From contig JBMNHG010000002.1 of assembly GCA_050950285.1 (NCBI GenBank), positions 568,654 to 632,653 on the forward strand: a DNA stretch of 64,000 bases, in the 5' to 3' direction. Position numbers and translations under genes: made by a program. The number at the start of each line of letters is the position of its first letter. The first letter of the stretch is position 1. A model generated the notes under the pieces. It ran no database searches. It saw only the letters and a list, made by a program, of their open reading frames with translations, and was not told the origin of the DNA. This DNA comes from Kiritimatiellia bacterium (lineage in GTDB: Bacteria > Verrucomicrobiota > Kiritimatiellia > RFP12 > JBMNHG01). Positions 62,827-64,000 of the stretch are shown here, one piece after another.

Positions 62827-64000
62827 CTAGAACTCGAACGCCATGATGGCGCGTCCAAGGATCGTCTCCTCGGTCGAGACGGCGACACCGGCGTTCACGA
62901 AGACCCGCTTCTCGGCGAGCTTGCCGACGCCGAGGCGGTGCGTGGCATTCACGCCCAGCGCGCCTTCGCTCTCGTAGAAGCCGACGCCGGCGTTCACCAG
63001 GGTGCGACCGGGCTCCGAGGGAGTCGCCAGCGTGGCGAGCGTCGCCGCCGCCGCGATGCCGGCGTAGGCCTTGTCGCGGTAGTCATGCACGCGGGCGTCC
63101 AACTCGCTGATGGCCGCGCGGTTTTCCAGGATCATCGTGCGGTTCTGGGCGATGTTGGCCGAGTTGCGCGAGACCTGCTTCTGGACCTTCTTGAGCTGGT
63201 CCATGTTGGCCGCATCGGTGCCGTTCACGCCCGGTGCCACGTTGGTGATGCGGCGCTCGGAGCCCGGCGCGCCGACGCTGACGGTGTTGTCCTCGGTGGC
63301 GACGCTGCCGCTGCCGAGCGCGACGCTGTTGTCGCCCTGCGCCTCCGCATAGTTGCCGATGGCCACGGAGTGGGCACCGGATGCCCTGGAATGTGTGCCC
63401 ACCACCAAACTGTGGTCGCCATCGGCCACGTTGTCAATGCCGAAGGCCACGCTGTGGTACTGATTGGCACGGTTGTACAGACCAAAGGCCACGCTCTCCT
63501 CGCCATTGGCCTGGTTGAACGAGCCCACCGCGGTTCCCAGGACGGTCGGAGCCTTGTTCCACGCGCCAACCGCCACGCTGTACTCGTCACCGGCCTCGTT
63601 ATACGAGCCCACCGCCACGCCGTAGTCACCGTAGGCCTCGTTATCGGTGCCGAGCGCTACGCTATCGTCGCCATAGGCCTCGTTGTACGTGCCTACCGCC
63701 GCGCTGTATTTGCCGGCGGCAGTGTTGGCCACGCCCACCGACGCGCTGTCCATGGCGTCCTCCCCGGTATAGTTGGCCGAGCCGACTGACGCGCTCCCCT
63801 TGCCCTCGGCCTTGTTGTACAAGCCCACCGCCGCGCTGTAGTCGGCTACGGCGTGGTTGTCCCAGCCCATCGCCGCGCTGAACTCACCTTCGGCAGTGTT
63901 GTACGTGCCAACCGCCGCGCCGGCCTCACCCTTGGCAGTGTTGTACGTGCCGACCGCCGCACTTTCGAGCCCGGAGGCCTTGTTGCCGGTGCCGAAAGCC
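62827..64000 (-). CDS. YadA-like trimeric autotransporter adhesin (5' part outside the window)
   Basis: 14-aa head repeats (SAAVGxxNxAxG), neck SVG....RRITNVAPG..GTDAANMDQL, coiled-coil stalk, anchor AGIAAA...G.G.Y..E.A ending in F. The frame is open to the window edge. Confidence 0.92.
   Translation of the reverse strand, partial: AFGTGNKASGLESAAVGTYNTAKGEAGAAVGTYNTAEGEFSAAMGWDNHAVADYSAAVGLYNKAEGKGSASVGSANYTGEDAMDSASVGVANTAAGKYSAAVGTYNEAYGDDSVALGTDNEAYGDYGVAVGSYNEAGDEYSVAVGAWNKAPTVLGTAVGSFNQANGEESVAFGLYNRANQYHSVAFGIDNVADGDHSLVVGTHSRASGAHSVAIGNYAEAQGDNSVALGSGSVATEDNTVSVGAPGSERRITNVAPGVNGTDAANMDQLKKVQKQVSRNSANIAQNRTMILENRAAISELDARVHDYRDKAYAGIAAAATLATLATPSEPGRTLVNAGVGFYESEGALGVNATHRLGVGKLAEKRVFVNAGVAVSTEETILGRAIMAFEF

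Overview
High-GC, gene-dense bacterial chromosome segment, about 30 CDS plus one tRNA. The gene content (LPS heptose genes, a eukaryote-type branching enzyme, a YdjY-like protein, many orphan secreted or glycan-active proteins) suggests a PVC-superphylum anaerobe such as Kiritimatiellia; this is inference only. The left half (1-28 kb) is mostly housekeeping and sugar metabolism: flavin reductase, thiM, DUF1643, GT2, galK, glgB, a URO-D-family plus glycyl-radical-enzyme pair, tRNA-Thr(CGT), thyX, hldD/rfaE2, a CNNM protein, rhaA, comM and GH38. The right half (28-64 kb) is accessory and nearly all on the minus strand. It holds two paralogous Gly-rich surface proteins (1415 aa and 4049 aa, the larger with six cassettes of variable 26-aa Cys-LRR repeats), orphan glycoside-hydrolase-like genes (one frameshifted), an arginase, an intact IS1634 inserted 20 bp upstream of the giant gene, and a YadA-like adhesin / BamA paralogue / PEGA-lipoprotein operon. 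The most notable non-coding feature is a family of miniature elements with 17-bp terminal inverted repeats enclosing REP-like double hairpins. It has four copies: one amplified into a 4x51-bp tandem array, and two that bracket a single gene in inverted orientation. No CRISPR array, reverse transcriptase, integrase or phage genes were recognised. All product calls come from motif recognition by eye; no database search was run.
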